NCBI GenBank assembly: GCA_976551045.1
Contig: CDPCPM010000410.1
Location: 1,612,001 to 1,676,000 of the forward strand
Direction: 5' to 3'
Length of the DNA stretch: 64,000 bases
From: Glaucostegus cemiculus
Taxonomy: Eukaryota
Shown here: piece after piece, positions 22,926-36,914 of the stretch
How positions within the stretch are numbered: the stretch's first letter is position 1
How the letters are laid out: the number at the start of each line of letters is the position of its first letter
The notes under the pieces: generated by a model
Databases searched by the model: none
Seen by the model: only the letters and a program-made list of their open reading frames with translations
What the model was told of the DNA's origin: nothing
Program-made: the position numbers and the translations under genes

Positions 22926-25900
22926 ACTTTACTATGAACTAGAATAGTAGAGTCAATGGAAATAATCTTACTCATAACTGCCCCAGGATCTGCACCCTCT
23001 ATAATTATGTCCTCACCTTTACCTTTTTAGCAACTATCCAGCCTGAGTTTTAACTGTAGCTCAAAATTGACTTGTATTTGTCCTTTTTAAGTCATTATTT
23101 GCTTCACTTGAATTGGAATTATATTTCTTGTGTTTTTTTAAATCAAAATGTTTCTCTGCAGTGTACTGAATAAAGCCATAGCCCAGTAGCCACCACCCAG
23201 TGAAAGGGGTGGTAGGGCTACAGCTTTGTCAGTGTCCTTGGATTGTGGAGAATTATTGTTTCTGTTTCCAACTGCTATCCTGCTAAAAAGTACAGGTGTG
23301 TTGACTTCATGCTTGATCTCAGCTGCAATAATGGCCATAATAAAAAAGCCTGTCAAATATCCTAATAAGTTTATTCAAGAAGAGCAGTGCAGAAACTACA
23401 AATCCATTGTGCAGGAAGACAAAGAACAGAAAAGTGAAACACATTTGGGGAGAAATAAAAATACAAGTCAGGTTTTTGAAGCTTCCACGGTTGTTTGTTT
23501 CTTTGACATATCAGCATTGGTGATAATTTTATCATATCTCAATCAGTTAACTGAAAAAATACAATGTAGATGCTAAAAAGAAATCAAAACTGCACATCCA
23601 TACCATCAATATTTGCAATAAAAATTATACTGATGTTTTAAAAATATTTCTCAAGCGTGGCAATTTAAAAAAACTTCTCATGCTAATTGACTTGTTATAT
23701 TATTGGAGATTTTTTGAACTTACTGTACAAATTTGGTACAACATTAAATATGCTCGAACAATATGACGATCAATTGCATTAGGTAATCCTTTTAAAATCT
23801 AACTCTGTAGTTGGATTGAGCTCCTTACAGACAAACATATGACTTCTATTACCAAAAGAGCAATTTTGAGTCCTTTATAGCATCCTTGGAACAGCTCTTG
23901 TTATGGATAAAGCCATAAGTACACATTGGAGAATGATTCCCTAATGAAATGAGGCAACCTTGTCACATAATAACTATTCAGCACAGAATTTTATGCTGCT
24001 TAAGAGCTTTTCTCGCTTTAGCTAGAATAAGGTTTGTTTGTTTTTCGGGTGTTTGCTGTGTACACATCCCACCTGTCATACACACCCACAGTCATTATCT
24101 AACCACATGAGCAAGTGCTAGCAGGCAGCATTTAAAAAGAATCATACTAAATGAATCAATTCTCTTTCTGCTTAACCTGTCACAGTGTTTAGGGAAAGTT
24201 GATTTTTGCTTTCTTTCTGACATTTTCAAATATGGTCTTTGTTTTTGTTCAATCATAGAACGTGGAAGGCCATCGCTCGCAGTCATCAAATAAGGCTTAT
24301 TGGCAAACTTCTGATCTGCTACAGTCCATGCAGTATGATGCATACTTGTTATTTCCAGGAACATTAACATATGTATGTGGTGATGTATGATTTGGAGGGG
24401 AATTTGGAGAAAATAACGTTTCCATGATTAAGTCCACTTGTTCTTCAAGAGGATAGAGACTGTAGGGCTTGGAGGTATTGGCGAAGCAAGCTTGGCAGGT
24501 TGCTGCAGTACAGCCTACAGATATCAAGCTAGATTTTGCTATCAAGATAACAGTGAGGTTAATGGCACTTACTGTTACAAAATATGAGATGGCACAAGAA
24601 GTTCAGGCAAGTGGAGCAGCTAAATGCCAATATCTAAGTTTCTATTCAAGTCCCAGAATTTATGTATTACATAAGAATTAAATCTGGCATATAAAGTGGT
24701 ACCCTTAGTAAAATGTTAATCACTGTGAACCAACCTGTCTGGGATTGAAAACTAACGTGAAATCTCATTCATTCAGGTATTAATTTAAAAAAAACTTAAA
24801 ATCTGTCTTTTCTCTCATTTCACTTTTTCCTTCATCTTTTTTCTTCCATCTATATTTATTCCCGTAGCTGATTTGATATTGAATTCACCTGTCCTAATTT
24901 ACATTTCTTGGTGCTTTACTTCTTAATCCTGCAATCTGATTGGTTAAGGAAATACTCAAACATTGATATTTTTCTATGATATATAAGAAAATTTTGTGAG
25001 AGAGGCAGGCCGAGAAGGGGACAAGTAGAAAACACTGTGGTATCTGCTGCCCTCTATTTTCTACCCAGAAGGCTCTCAATCTGTCTCAATGCTCCCACTG
25101 CCAGTAGTAAATTGAAAAAAACTAAAACAAGAAAACTGTTGAGTAGCATTCTTTGCTTTTCAGGAAGGAATAGAAGGGGTTAGTTGTTTGCTATGCACTG
25201 TACATTTGAAGGCAAATAATGTTCTTTGTTTTTACCTTATTGGCCACATATCAAGCACATTATATCTAAGAAAAGCACTCGTAAAGGGTAGATATTTGAC
25301 GAGGAGATTCTAAAAATAGAGCAAACTCTTCAGTCAGTGCACAGATTGGGTTGTGCGATTTTTGCACTGCCTCCATTTATTGTAGGTGAAGAAGATTTCT
25401 CAGTTGGCATGGTAATGCCCTCAAATGTTTGTTGACATTATGACTCAAACATGCCTACGTTAAAAGCAAAGAAATCATAGAAGTCTGGAGGCTAAGGATA
25501 GGTGAAAAGGTTCCTGGGAACAAAGTGGAAGCAGAGCTGAATGTGCATTGAGCAACTTCAAATAACTGGGAACTGAGATGGGTTCCAGGTCTCCTCCTGA
25601 CACCCAGTCTTCACTATATCCCTTCACCCCATGGGCTTGCCATTGCCTAATTACTCACACACTGATCTTTGAAGGAAATACTCAGTTCTACAGCAATTTA
25701 TTCTTCCATTTTTAATGACTTGATAAAGGTATGTTTTCCTCAAGCAGCTTTTAGTGCTTCTGCATTTCCTGTGACTCCAGTTCTAGACTTGGTGGAGCAG
25801 TTTAGATTCAGGGAAATGGAATTCCAGTGTCCTTGAGTCACTTCTCTCTAATAATATTTTATTAATCTACATTTGAAATGTGCTTTACTCCACTCACTTT

Positions 25901-26334
25901 GTTTCTCTAAAGCAAGATATGTAACTATGGTGGTATAATTACTTAATCTAGGAATTAAAATAAATAATTAAACCATGAATTAAATAATTTAATGCCATTA
26001 GTCTGAAGACTGGCCATTTCCACAACACACGTTAGCTGCTATATGCACAGTGTTATTGATATTAATACTGTGACTTGACCTGATGTTAAATTTATACTTT
26101 TTATTCACAGTGCTGTCTCAAGGATCTAACAATACATGAAGGTGGCGAAATTCAGCAATGGTGATGGGTAGCTTTGAAGCATAACGATTTTGCTTAAATT
26201 ATAGAGATTGATGAAAAAGGGGTTTCCCTTTGCTGTCTCTGAGAGAATCGTAGACCAGCCAATAGCAATAGATAAAATGCCTCTTTTACACATTATGTGA
26301 GCAACTTTACATGTAAACACAATAACACAAAGCT

Positions 26335-26945
26335 GTGATTAAAAACAGAAAACGCTGGAAACACTCAGCAGATGAGACACTCAAGATGCCATAGAAAGAG
26401 AAAGAGAATCAAAGAGCTTTTGTCAGAACTGGAAAAGAGGGAAAACAAGTTAGTTTTAAGTTGCAGAGAAGGTGGGGTAGAGGGATGAATAGGAGTGAAG
26501 GAAAACCTTTAATAGGGTGATGCCAGAAGTGTTGTGAGGATAAGTTGTAGAGGTTATCTGGTTGATTGGTTAATGGGGGCAGTTAGTGACAGAAAAATGT
26601 GGAACAAAGGGCGGCAATTAGAGAGTGAGAAGCAACATGAGAAGTTGTGAAATGCAGGGCTATAGCAGGCCAGGCTATACTGATGGACAAAGAAGAACGG
26701 AACCAATATCGCAGGGATGACCGACAGCAGAAATGGGACAGAGGAATTGAGTAACTCAAGCTGTAGAATTCAATATTGAGTCCAGAAAGCTACAACACGA
26801 CCATATGGAAGATGAGGTACTATTCCTTGAGTTTATGTTCAGCATGTTATAACGGTGTAGGAGGCCACAGACAGAAAGATCAGGGGGGAGAAGGATAGAG
26901 AATTAAAGTGGAAGGCAATAGGGAATTCTGAGTTGCCCCTGTATT
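26335..26945 (-). mobile_element. Penelope-like element 3' region
   Basis: aaaacagaaaacgctggaaacactcagca end, purine-rich UTR, then aattcaatattgagtccagaa...gaagatgaggtactattccttgag (end of the GIY-YIG coding region). Confidence 0.7.
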
Positions 26946-28174
26946 CAGAATGTCAACTGTTGAAAACCATAACAAAAGTAGCTATATTTTAAATATAGTC
27001 AAAAAGGGGAAAACTATTGCTTGATTATGGTTAAGCCACACTTCTCCAGTGCTTGCAGATGCTTGAATTTTTAACAGACCTACCTTGCAATAAACAAATT
27101 ACGTAACACATACCCGATTTATACTAGGCTACAACTACTAGGATTGTGCAGATATTTTTCAGATGTTGGACTTTTTGCAGGTATTGTGATTCAGGACAAT
27201 CTCTCCTGTTTAACAGGAACATTATATTTTCAACCAAATGCATTATTTTCATAAATAACATTCATCTTTAGTACCAAAGATAGATAACATTGAACATTTT
27301 AACCAGCTCTTAATGATATTTGCCACTCACCACTTCAACAGATAAATTCTATTATATGAACGTGTCAGTTAAGTCTGACTTGGTGAAGGGGATAACAGTA
27401 TGTAAGGATAGGGGTCAGAGTAAGTTTCTTTTTTTCTCTTGTAAGAGATATCGGGAGAGGGTATATATCCTCCTTATATTGCCTGTCTTATTCCCATTAC
27501 CATCAGCATCCAAACCCTTTTTCACAGCCTAGACAAAAAAAACGTATTTTCTGTTAAGAGACTTAGACTGAAGCAATGAGGGATGCATACAACCCAAAAT
27601 ACAATAACACATCCATTAAAATGGTTGCATAAAGCAATTTGTTCTTTAATAGTAGAGGAGGTGTTTATCTGCCACTCAAATCAGCTGAATGTAGACATCA
27701 TGCAACTACCCAAATTGGCCATGGGTGCCTTCTGGCAATTATTTACAATGATTCCTATGTCTAGTTTGCAGTAATTTCCACTTAAGAGCTCCAATGTTGT
27801 GCAATTTCTCTATTCAGAGAAGCAAATCGCATTTGTAAGTACAAGAGATAATGGATGACATCATCACGCTCACTCTTATGGATGTCCAGATTCCCAGATG
27901 ATGCAGTACATAAGTACACTTATCCATGAAACTGAGTTAAAAGGGATCTGCTTACAACTAAAGGATGGCTTAAACTTGTAAAACATCTCAAAATACTTTA
28001 AAAAAGGTTTATTCAAAAACAGTACACATTAAACTTTGTCTCTATGTTACATTTATATACTGTTCAGCATTTTTGTAAGAATATAAGAGTAGATTACTCA
28101 ATTTCATTATGTTCTTTCACATATGGAAGTGTTTTAGTTCATTTCCTGCACAGAAAATGTTTTCACCCACAAAT

Positions 28175-28345
28175 TTACAGAACAGAAAGAGGCCATTTGG
28201 CCCATTGTCTGTACTGCCTCTATGAAGTACAATCTAACTCGTGCCACCTCTCTGTCCCCTTCCTGCTGCCCTGCGAATTATTTCCTTTCAGATACTTATC
28301 TGGCTGCCTTCTGGATGGTACAGTTGAATCAACCTTCCCTACTAC
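28175..28345 (-). mobile_element. CR1 3' UTR fragment
   Basis: tacagaacagaaagaggccatttggcccat, the reverse complement of the CR1 3' end. Confidence 0.6.
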
Positions 28346-30374
28346 CCTGGGGACCCAACCACTTGCAATATATCGGGAGAATTGAGAGTAATATCTGAAA
28401 CTTTTAGAATGTTGCACTGTTCTTGGACTCACACTCCTGAAGCATGGATTAAGTCATCAGTAAACATCTAATGTCATTTAGAAGTGATCACAAAACAGTA
28501 AGATTATTATAGAAATACAGTTGGACAAGTGAAGCTGCCACACTTGACTGGTCTGGCCTGAATGTTCAGCCAGCCCCCACAGCAATATGGTTGATTCTTT
28601 ACTGTCCTCTTTAGTGGTCATGCAAGCCATTCAGTTGTGAAGACTCACGACAGCTTTGGCATGGTACTGAGGAATGGACAATAAAAACAGCCAGGTCATT
28701 GATATCCACATCACAAGGTTTGTTAACTGCCAGGTTATTTCTGTGGCCTTGTCACCCCATATTTGATATGCTGTAATTGTAATTGTGTGCACTAAACAAG
28801 GAAGAGCATCTTGAGTGTAAGTAATAAGATAATAAAAGGCGGGTTTTCAGTAATGTAAAGAACTACTGGCTGGCTGCTGTGCACACATCAACACGCAAAA
28901 CAACACATTTCACAACATATGTCAGTGGTAATAAACCTGATTCTGATTCTGGATTCACAGAAGTATTGAATGTGCATTTAGTCCACAGGCATTCTGTGAA
29001 TTACTCCTGAGTGACAGGATCCACAGATGATAATAGAATGGTATTCCATTGCTATGTGTGGATTCTTAATAAAGTCATAAACCAGGTGTGCAGAGCATAT
29101 CCGATATTTTTAAGTACACAAACTTTAACTTGCTGTTCAGGAGAAAACAGTGAGGCAATGGATGACTAACATAATATAAAATCATCACAGGAGTTGCCAG
29201 GGAAGTGTGACAAATCTGTATGATATACTACTGTTCCAGTTAAACATTAATTAAGTAATGCTCTTTGCAGTTCAGAAATAAATGTGGATTATTGAGATGG
29301 AGCTTGTAGGATAATCAAATAGTTGGGTGAATCCCACAAGCTGTGAGAGTCCTGGGCCCTATTGTACTGTTCTTGGATGCCCATATAAAAAATGATGAAC
29401 ACAAACATCTTTGGAAAGGCATTAATAAACTGCTGATTCAAGGAGATTGCCAAAACTCTTTGTGGTAGCTTAGAAGGAGCCAAGGACAAAGGAATTCAGG
29501 GGTGCAGTCAGGTGCAGTAATTGCAGTCTTTTCATGGAACTTATCATTCTCTCTTTCTCCTGAGAAGTGTACCATCCTTTTATAACGTTGCTGAGAGAAA
29601 TGCAGTTATGTTACTTGAAGCCTGCAAACTCTTGCTCGTTTCTTCTTCTATGCAGTCTTCTACTTGCTCTCCCTACAGCCGTCCTGAATGTTAATCAACC
29701 CCTCCCCCTTACTCCACTCACCTGCTAACCACTACTTTATTTGCCTTCTCTTCTACTTATAATGTTAGTGGCATTCTCTTCAATACAACATTGGCCCCAA
29801 CCTCAGCCTATCACTAAAAAGAGATAAGAATTAACTATTTTTCCAAGTACATAGATATAAACATGGTTATGAAAGAAAGAGAGATGTACTCAGTAATGCA
29901 ACTACAAAACCTGATTATAAAGCAGCTGAAATAAGGCAGTACTGCAATTCATCAATCAGATTGTCACAATTCATCTACCAAAATACAATTTGTACAATTG
30001 AAAATAATCACAATTTGGCCTGGTCATTCTATTCATCATGATCTACTTAACAATGATTTCAATAAACTATTACTTTGCATTAAAATTCTGGAGTTCACTG
30101 CATCTATTTGTGGTCAGCGTAATCGGTAATGAACTTCCGTAGTTCTTGTATCAGTATTCCACATGTGTTTTGCTTTCATGATGTAATAGATCATTGAATA
30201 AGTTTAAGTCCACGTCATCTACTCCTGGATTTAATTTTTTATCCTGCGTAATCTATTCCTCATTGTAGTTACTTACAAAATATATAACCTGAAATAAATC
30301 TGTTGGACCTCAAAAAGAATACAGTTCTTACACAATTGCTAGTAAAATTGAAATGAAATTTCAGGAAGTATGTT

Positions 30375-30720
30375 TTTTTTTATTGGTTCATGGGATGCTG
30401 ATGTTGCTGGCAAGGCTGACTGTTATTTATTGCCCATGCCTATTTGCTGGGCCATTTCAGACAGTAGTTAACTACATTGGTGGGTCTGGTGTTGTAAGTA
30501 GGGTGTAGTGGGGTAGGATAGCAAATTTCTTCCCCTCAAGGACTTTATTGATGAATTTTTATATCAATCTATTAGTTTCATGGTCACCATCAATGATACC
30601 AGATTTAAAAAAAAATTCAAATTTATTTAATTACTGGAATCTAGCTTCTCTATTTGCCTTGAAGTTTGAGATTGTGTCTCCATATCAATAATCCAGGTTG
30701 TCAGTATACCACCATAAACT
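30375..30720 (-). mobile_element. Old SINE family copy (also 43870-44250 and 59930-60265)
   Basis: Three copies share catgggatg...ctggcaagg...ttgcccat...caaatttcttccc...tttcatggtcaccat...attaactgaat. Confidence 0.65.
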
Positions 30721-32245
30721 CAGTGATCCACCTAGTTTCCTAAGATCTTGTCAGGTAAGAAATGTATGAATACTGTACCAATTTCTATCCTATATTTTAG
30801 CACAAACAGTCCTGTTACTTCTGTGTGGATTATTGTCTTCATTAACCTCTGCAGCAGAGTTATTTAATAGGAGTATGTTATATACCTGTGCTGTAACATC
30901 ACATGTTAACTTCCACTCTACATATCACTGTAGGTTTCTTAGTTATATGGGGGGGGGAAAGTTGCTTTGCTGAAATGCTCTGAGGATGTCATGCATGGGG
31001 TTGAATTGTCTGTGTCCTAGAATAGACCAATTTGTTTCAATGGGATTCCTACTTCCCACTGGCCTAGTCCTAATTCCTGTTCTGGAAATGTTTCAAACAC
31101 TCCTCCATCACCCACCCATCTCCAAAATAAAAGAATTCCAAATAATCACCTGGTACTGTGGTATGCTCTGAGCTCTGGGGAGTAGAAGATCTGAAATGTA
31201 AATCTTGGTAGGCAGCAAATGATCAAGCTATTTTTGTAAGGTAATGACATTTGAAAGTAGATTTTCTTCATGTGGATGTTGGAGATGTACAACATATTTC
31301 CCTTTCTAATTTCCCTCCCTGAAATTCTACTAAGATTAAAACAAAATGCAGTTCCTGGGACATTCACAAATGACCACAGACAGTTTTACTTACAGGTGCA
31401 ATATTTGTAGAGCTAGAACACAGAACTGTACAGCCTAGGAAGAGACCCTTCAGCCCACAATGTCTGTGCCAAACAAATCTGAATAATTGTAAAGATGGTA
31501 TGAGCTCAGTCAGCTCACAGGGTGATTTGGAGAGGGGAGAAGGATTTGTGTAACACTGGTATTCACCTGCAATAGTTAAACCTATTGTTCCAATCTGTAT
31601 GCTCACCAATTAAAACCACCACCTTTCAACACAATTCATTTGTTGAGATAAACCAAACCCGTACAGGTCATTCATGGTTCACTCAGTAGAAATGCAGTAA
31701 CTATTTGTCATGCATTGATACAAATGTCATGTTGACACTTCTCCCGATGCTGAAGGCTGGCCACCAGGAGTGCTTCAATTAACAGGAAGTTGATCCTTGT
31801 TGAGTGACTAAACTGTTGGCATAAAATATTATTCATTTGACTGGAATGTTGGGAAACAGGAATTTGGCTCCAAATATTACCACTTACAATTTACAGAGTT
31901 TGCAGTATTGCTTAGAGATGAAAATGATACCTATAAAATGCGGGCATACACGTATGGAATTTTTGATTAGGCTTAAAGCCTACTTAGCTGAAAATTCCCC
32001 AGATGGGTTTAAGATTAATTTTATACTGCTGCAAGTTATTTATCTGATACACCTGCAAATTTTTTTGTGTGTTTCAGATTTTATAGCCTAGAAATTGGAT
32101 CACACTCTTTTTGATGTACTAAAACAATGGTACATTTAACTTTGTGCCAAGTTTTGTCTCCTCCTCCAAAGTAAATCAAAAACAAGCTTGAAACATTGTA
32201 TAGTGTTTAATACCCAGAAAGAAGCTTTAAAATGCAACGTCTGCT

Positions 32246-32480
32246 GTATTGGTATTGGTTTACTATTGTCACTTGTACCAAAGTACAGTGAAAAACTTGT
32301 CTTGCATACCAATCGTACAGGTCAATTCATTACACAGTGCAGTTACATTGAGATAGTACAGAGTGCATTGATGTAGTACAGGTAAAAACAGTAACAGTAC
32401 AGAGTAAAGTGTCACAGCTACAGAGGAAGTGCAGTGCAATAAGGTGCAAGGTCACAGCAAGGTAGATCATGAGGTCATAT
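32246..32480 (-). mobile_element. Rex1/Babar-type LINE 3' UTR, (attggt) tail
   Basis: tattggtattggtttactattgtcacttgtaccaagtacagtgaaaaactt; matches 36915-37130. Confidence 0.85.
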
Positions 32481-32684
32481 ATATCAATCCAGTTGATTCA
32501 TGTTCACTATTATACTCAATACAGCATAGCTTCCAACGCTTTGTAACACTGCAATCAGAGAAGGGAGGACAGCTGAGCAGGCAGAACACAGGGGAGAAAA
32601 GTGAAAAGAGAGGAAGAGGAAGGGGATGTTGATGATGGCCAAAGTATGCCATTGTGTCTGACATCCCACAGGCACTGACGGCAT

Positions 32685-33317
32685 GCGAACAATGTTGGCC
32701 TTCATTGCTAGAGCGATTGTATTTAAGAACAGGGAGGTTATGCTGCAACTGTACAGTGCAGTTCGGGTCTGCATGCAGTTTTGGTCTCCTTACTTGAGGA
32801 AAGATATCCTGGCTTTGGAGGTGGTGCAGAGGAGATTTATCAGGTTGATTACGGAGATGAGGGGGTTAGTCCATGAGGGCAGATTGAGTCGCCTGGGACT
32901 ATAGTCGCTGGAATTCAGAAGAATGAGAGGGGATCTTATAGAAACATGTAAAATTATGAAAGAGATAGATAAGATAAGGCAGAAAGTTGCTTCAACTGGT
33001 AGATGAGACTAGAAGTAAGGAACATATCCTCAAGATTCGGGGGAATAGATTTAGGACGGAGATGAGGAGAAACTGCTTTTCCCAGGGAGTAGTGAATCTG
33101 TGGAAATCTCTGCCCAGGGAACCAGTAGCGGCTACCTCATTAAATATATTTAAGACACAGTTAGATAGATTTTTGCATAGTAAGGGAGTTAAGGGTTATG
33201 GGGAAAAGGCAGGTAGGTGGATCTGAGTCCATGGCCAGATCAGCCGTGATCTTATTGAATGGCGGAGCAGGCTTGACAGGCCAGATGGTCTATCCCTGCT
33301 CCTACTTCTTATGTTCT
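32685..33317 (+). mobile_element. CR1-type LINE 3' fragment
   Basis: MLAFIARAIVFKNREVMLQLY...QFWSPYLRKDILALEVVQRRFIRLI; tail cctgctcctacttcttatgttct. Confidence 0.92.
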
Positions 33318-33629
33318 TAATGGGTTAGAAAAAGAATGTCATGGGGAGAAACGCATAGCATTAGTGGGATGTAATCTGGCACTGGGTGCAGGGAATCTAG
33401 TGCGGAGGCTCGCCAAAGTGAAGATCCACATATCCATACTGTTTCAAAGGATTTAGATGAGGTCAATGATAAGGATACTTCCATGAGAAAGCTGATGCAG
33501 ATGCACCATGAGACATGCCACTCTACAGACATGTCACAAGGACTTGGCAACAAACCCATCACACAAGCCCTGCTGTGTGGCCACGTGATGTCTTTTTGAT
33601 TCTGGTTCTTTTGGGATGTCAAATACTAA

Positions 33630-34340
33630 CAAGACATGTTACAGTAAATGGCAGGTACCTCAGGAGTCTTGATGTACAGAGGGACCTGTGAGTTCATTGC
33701 AGCCTGAAAATGGCAACACATGTGGATAGAGCAGTGCAGAAGGCATTCAGCAAGCTTGCCTTCATAGATTGAGGCATTGAGAAAAAGAGCTGGATGTCAT
33801 GTTGCCACTGTACAAAACATTGGTCAGGCTGCATCTGGAGTACTGTGTACAGTTCTGGTTGACACAGTACAGGAAATATGTGATAACACTGGAGAGAATA
33901 CAGAAGAGATTCACCAGGACCTTGCCTGGAATGAAGGGTGGTAGTGATAAGCAGAGCTTGGATAGGCTCGGTTTATTCTCACTGAAGGCTGAGGGTGGCT
34001 TTTTGGAGATTTATAAAATTATAAGAGACATAGACAGGGTAGATATCTGAGTCTTTTTCCTAGGGTGGGCAAGTCTAAAACTACAGGATCTCGGTATAAG
34101 ATTAGAAGAGGGAAATTTAAATAATATCTGAGGGGCAAGTTTTTCACACAGAGAATGTGGTTATATGGAATGAGCTGCCAGAAGAAGAGGTAAATGCAAA
34201 TGTGATTACAACATTAAAAGGCATTTGGACGGATAGGTGGAGAGAAAAGTAGTAGAGGGATATGAGCAAATGGGATTAGTTTAGATAGGTACACTGGGCT
34301 GAGGGTCCTGTTTCTGTGCTGTACAACTCAATGATTCTAT
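33630..34340 (+). mobile_element. CR1-type LINE 3' fragment
   Basis: MLPLYKTLVRLHLEYCVQFW...QKRFTRTLPGM; tail cctgtttctgtgctgtacaactcaatgattcta. Confidence 0.9.
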
Positions 34341-34529
34341 ACATTCTCACTCTCTCCCACCAAGAAATCTGCCTTGTGGTACACAGAGCAGCTTGAAACT
34401 CATCAGGAGCAGCAATATCCCAGTAGGGAACAGCCTGATGTCTGCACTGAGCAAGAAAGATGCCATTCATTAGCAAATCACTGTTCTTATTGAGCAGCAG
34501 GATGCTACTTGTAAACAGTGTGTTGCTCC

Positions 34530-35010
34530 TAATGCACATGATGTTGTGAATCATCAGCAGGTCATGGTTCTACAAGATAAAAGGGATGCTGCATGTAACC
34601 AAATAGCTGTTCTCCACAAGTAGATGTATCTGCACAAACCAACATTTTTGTCTAACAGTCTAAGCAACTACTTCCATCACTTTCAATATCTTGCATAAAG
34701 GGAGTGTTCCTAGAGAATGGGAAACATAGAGCAAATGTTTTAGTTGTATCACACTCTGCGGACTATAGAAGTAGTATGAGCAACTGTGGTCATTTCTGAA
34801 GCAATGAGAGAGGGTTGCCCATGTCAGCAGAGTATTGTTGAAACGGCAAAAAAAGGCAAGAATATGCTACAGTGCGCTTCAATTTCTGCTGATACTGTTC
34901 CATGAGAGCAGTTGTGTAGCAGCTTAAGCTCCAATTTATGTTGGTATGGGAAGAAATGTGTGGTGTGTGGCCATTAAGTGTTTCTGACACCAGGATAAGG
35001 ACAAGCATAC
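34530..35010 (-). pseudogene. Possible heavily decayed Harbinger transposase, convergent with ORF2
   Basis: Weak frameshifted motifs in the expected order: YPGV...NG/TH (cf. FP.V.GAIDGTH) near 34995, then TC/MIHNI (cf. CC.LHN) near 34560. Confidence 0.3.
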
Positions 35011-36711
35011 TAATGTGGATAACAACTACAAGTGCTCAGTCCAATTGATATCGTTATGAATTAACCCAGATTTACTCTGATTTACTAATATGATTTACTC
35101 TGGGTAAGATCAGTTCTGCATTGTGCGATTCTTCAGGGAAGATTATTATGAAATTCAAACTCTAGGCTTATTTTTATTAAAACTAAACTGCCAGGAGTAA
35201 TGGAAATTATATACAATAATTATATCATCACAATAATCTGTGTATTAAGCAAATTTGCTGAGTAACTGTGAGTGAAGTGCGAAATAGTCTTAAGGCTAGA
35301 AATTACTCTTGGTGACAACATTAAAAGTGTTAATGGGTTATGATATAAATAGGTTAATGATACCATGACATTAGCAGACAAAGAAATATCATAAAAAAGT
35401 AAACATTGCATAGTAAGCTTTAATCGCCATTTGTTATTTCTGCCAGTTCATCAGTCACATGCCAGAATACCGCACATAATTCTTGCTGAAAACAGCAGAA
35501 AACTTTATGAAACATATTTAAGCAATAAAATTCAGAATCCCACATCTACAAAGCAATAAATAGCTCCTGTGAGCTTAAATTAATGCCAAGGTTTACAAAC
35601 TAAGCTATTCAGGTTAGTTTTTGATGAGTATACTGGGAGATTGAAATTTATTGCTATTATGTTCCATGTCAACATTACCATACAAAGCCCTCGGTTATAT
35701 TTTTGGTTGACTGATACAACCCAGAAGGGTAGTAGTAAAAGGAGAATGTAACCACTGATGTCCTACAGCAAGCTATTTTGTTTATTATAAAACTATCATA
35801 TAGATCTAGGAGTTGAAATCCCAGTGGCTAAATCTAACGCAAAGCTGCAGAAAGTGGAATACCCTAAATTCAAACAGTACAAGGTACAGGAGAATTTATT
35901 TTTGGGAATTGTGCACACAGCATATAAAGAGTACAAAAATGATGGGGTAGAGATGGTTTAAACTGCTGCTGCTAGTGGGAATTTATCATGAAAAATACAT
36001 CGTTTAATAAATAATCAATTGCTTTCCAATCAATTTTATTCACTAGGATAACTGAGACAGTGAGGAGGATGGGGTGGAAAGCTATTGCATGCTGTTGCTA
36101 CTGGTGCTTAGTGTTTTACTGCTTCGTATTTCAAACTTCCATGCCAGAGAAAGAGGTTATTTGGCCCATCATGTCCGTGCTGGCTCTCAGAACAATATGA
36201 GTCCCATTTTCCAACTCATTTCCCTTTAACCTATTTTCATCACATGTCCATCAATTCCCTCTCATCGAAAATAAAACAAAAATGTAGTTACCGTAAATCT
36301 AAAACAAAAACAGAAAATGTTGGAAATACACAGCAGGTCTTCATCAACACTGGAAAAGAAAGTGGAACTTGATGTTCACAAGGCTGGTTCAGAATTTTTC
36401 CTATAAAACAAAGGTTTCAAAGGCTTTGAAATATCCTGAGGAAATGAAAGATTCTAAGTTCTTTTTTTGACTATAAATTTAATTTTTGGTGGATTCTTTC
36501 TATAAAACTAGGAACTCAACTACTGGATAAGACTTTTCAGATGAATTGCTTGTTTACGTGGATGCCATGAGATTATTTCACATATTAGAGAAAATGTTGG
36601 CGGCAGGGAAAAGCCGTGAATACTCATTGCAGACCTACATAGTAAGTACAAACTTCTTTTGCAGATCAACTGTTTCAACTTACTCTCCAAAGCTGCCTTG
36701 ATTTTAAGGAG

Positions 36712-36890
36712 AATAAAATAGAAATTGCTAGAAATACTCAGCATTTCATAATGTGAAAGAGAAACAGTGTTAATGTTTTGCACTTGAAATATTGGCTGTT
36801 TTTCTCTCTCCACATATGCTACCTGACCTGCTGAATATTTCTGGCATTTTCTGCTGAATTTCACATTTCTAATATCTGCAGAAATTTACT
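36712..36890. repeat. Fold-back of two inverted Penelope-type ends
   Basis: aaattgctagaaatactcagca...gagaaacagtgttaatgtttt | ttgaaatattggctgtttttctc...tgctgaatatttctggcattt. Confidence 0.7.
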
Positions 36891-36914
36891 GCTAGATTTT
36901 TACTTTAAGATCCA

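Larger units (their letters stand above)
32540..34470 (+). pseudogene. Second fossil Harbinger ORF2 in pieces (32540-32684, 33320-33560, 34345-34470), split by two CR1s
   Basis: Acidic tract REEEEGDVDDGQSMPL and KDLDEVNDKDTSMRKLMQMHHE, paralleling LMGVHNE at about 2016-2036 in the first ORF2. Confidence 0.4.

Noticed and set aside
30271-30295. 12-nt minus-strand microexon (tttcag|gttatatatttt|gtaagt)
   Set aside because: Poor polypyrimidine tract and no host gene context.
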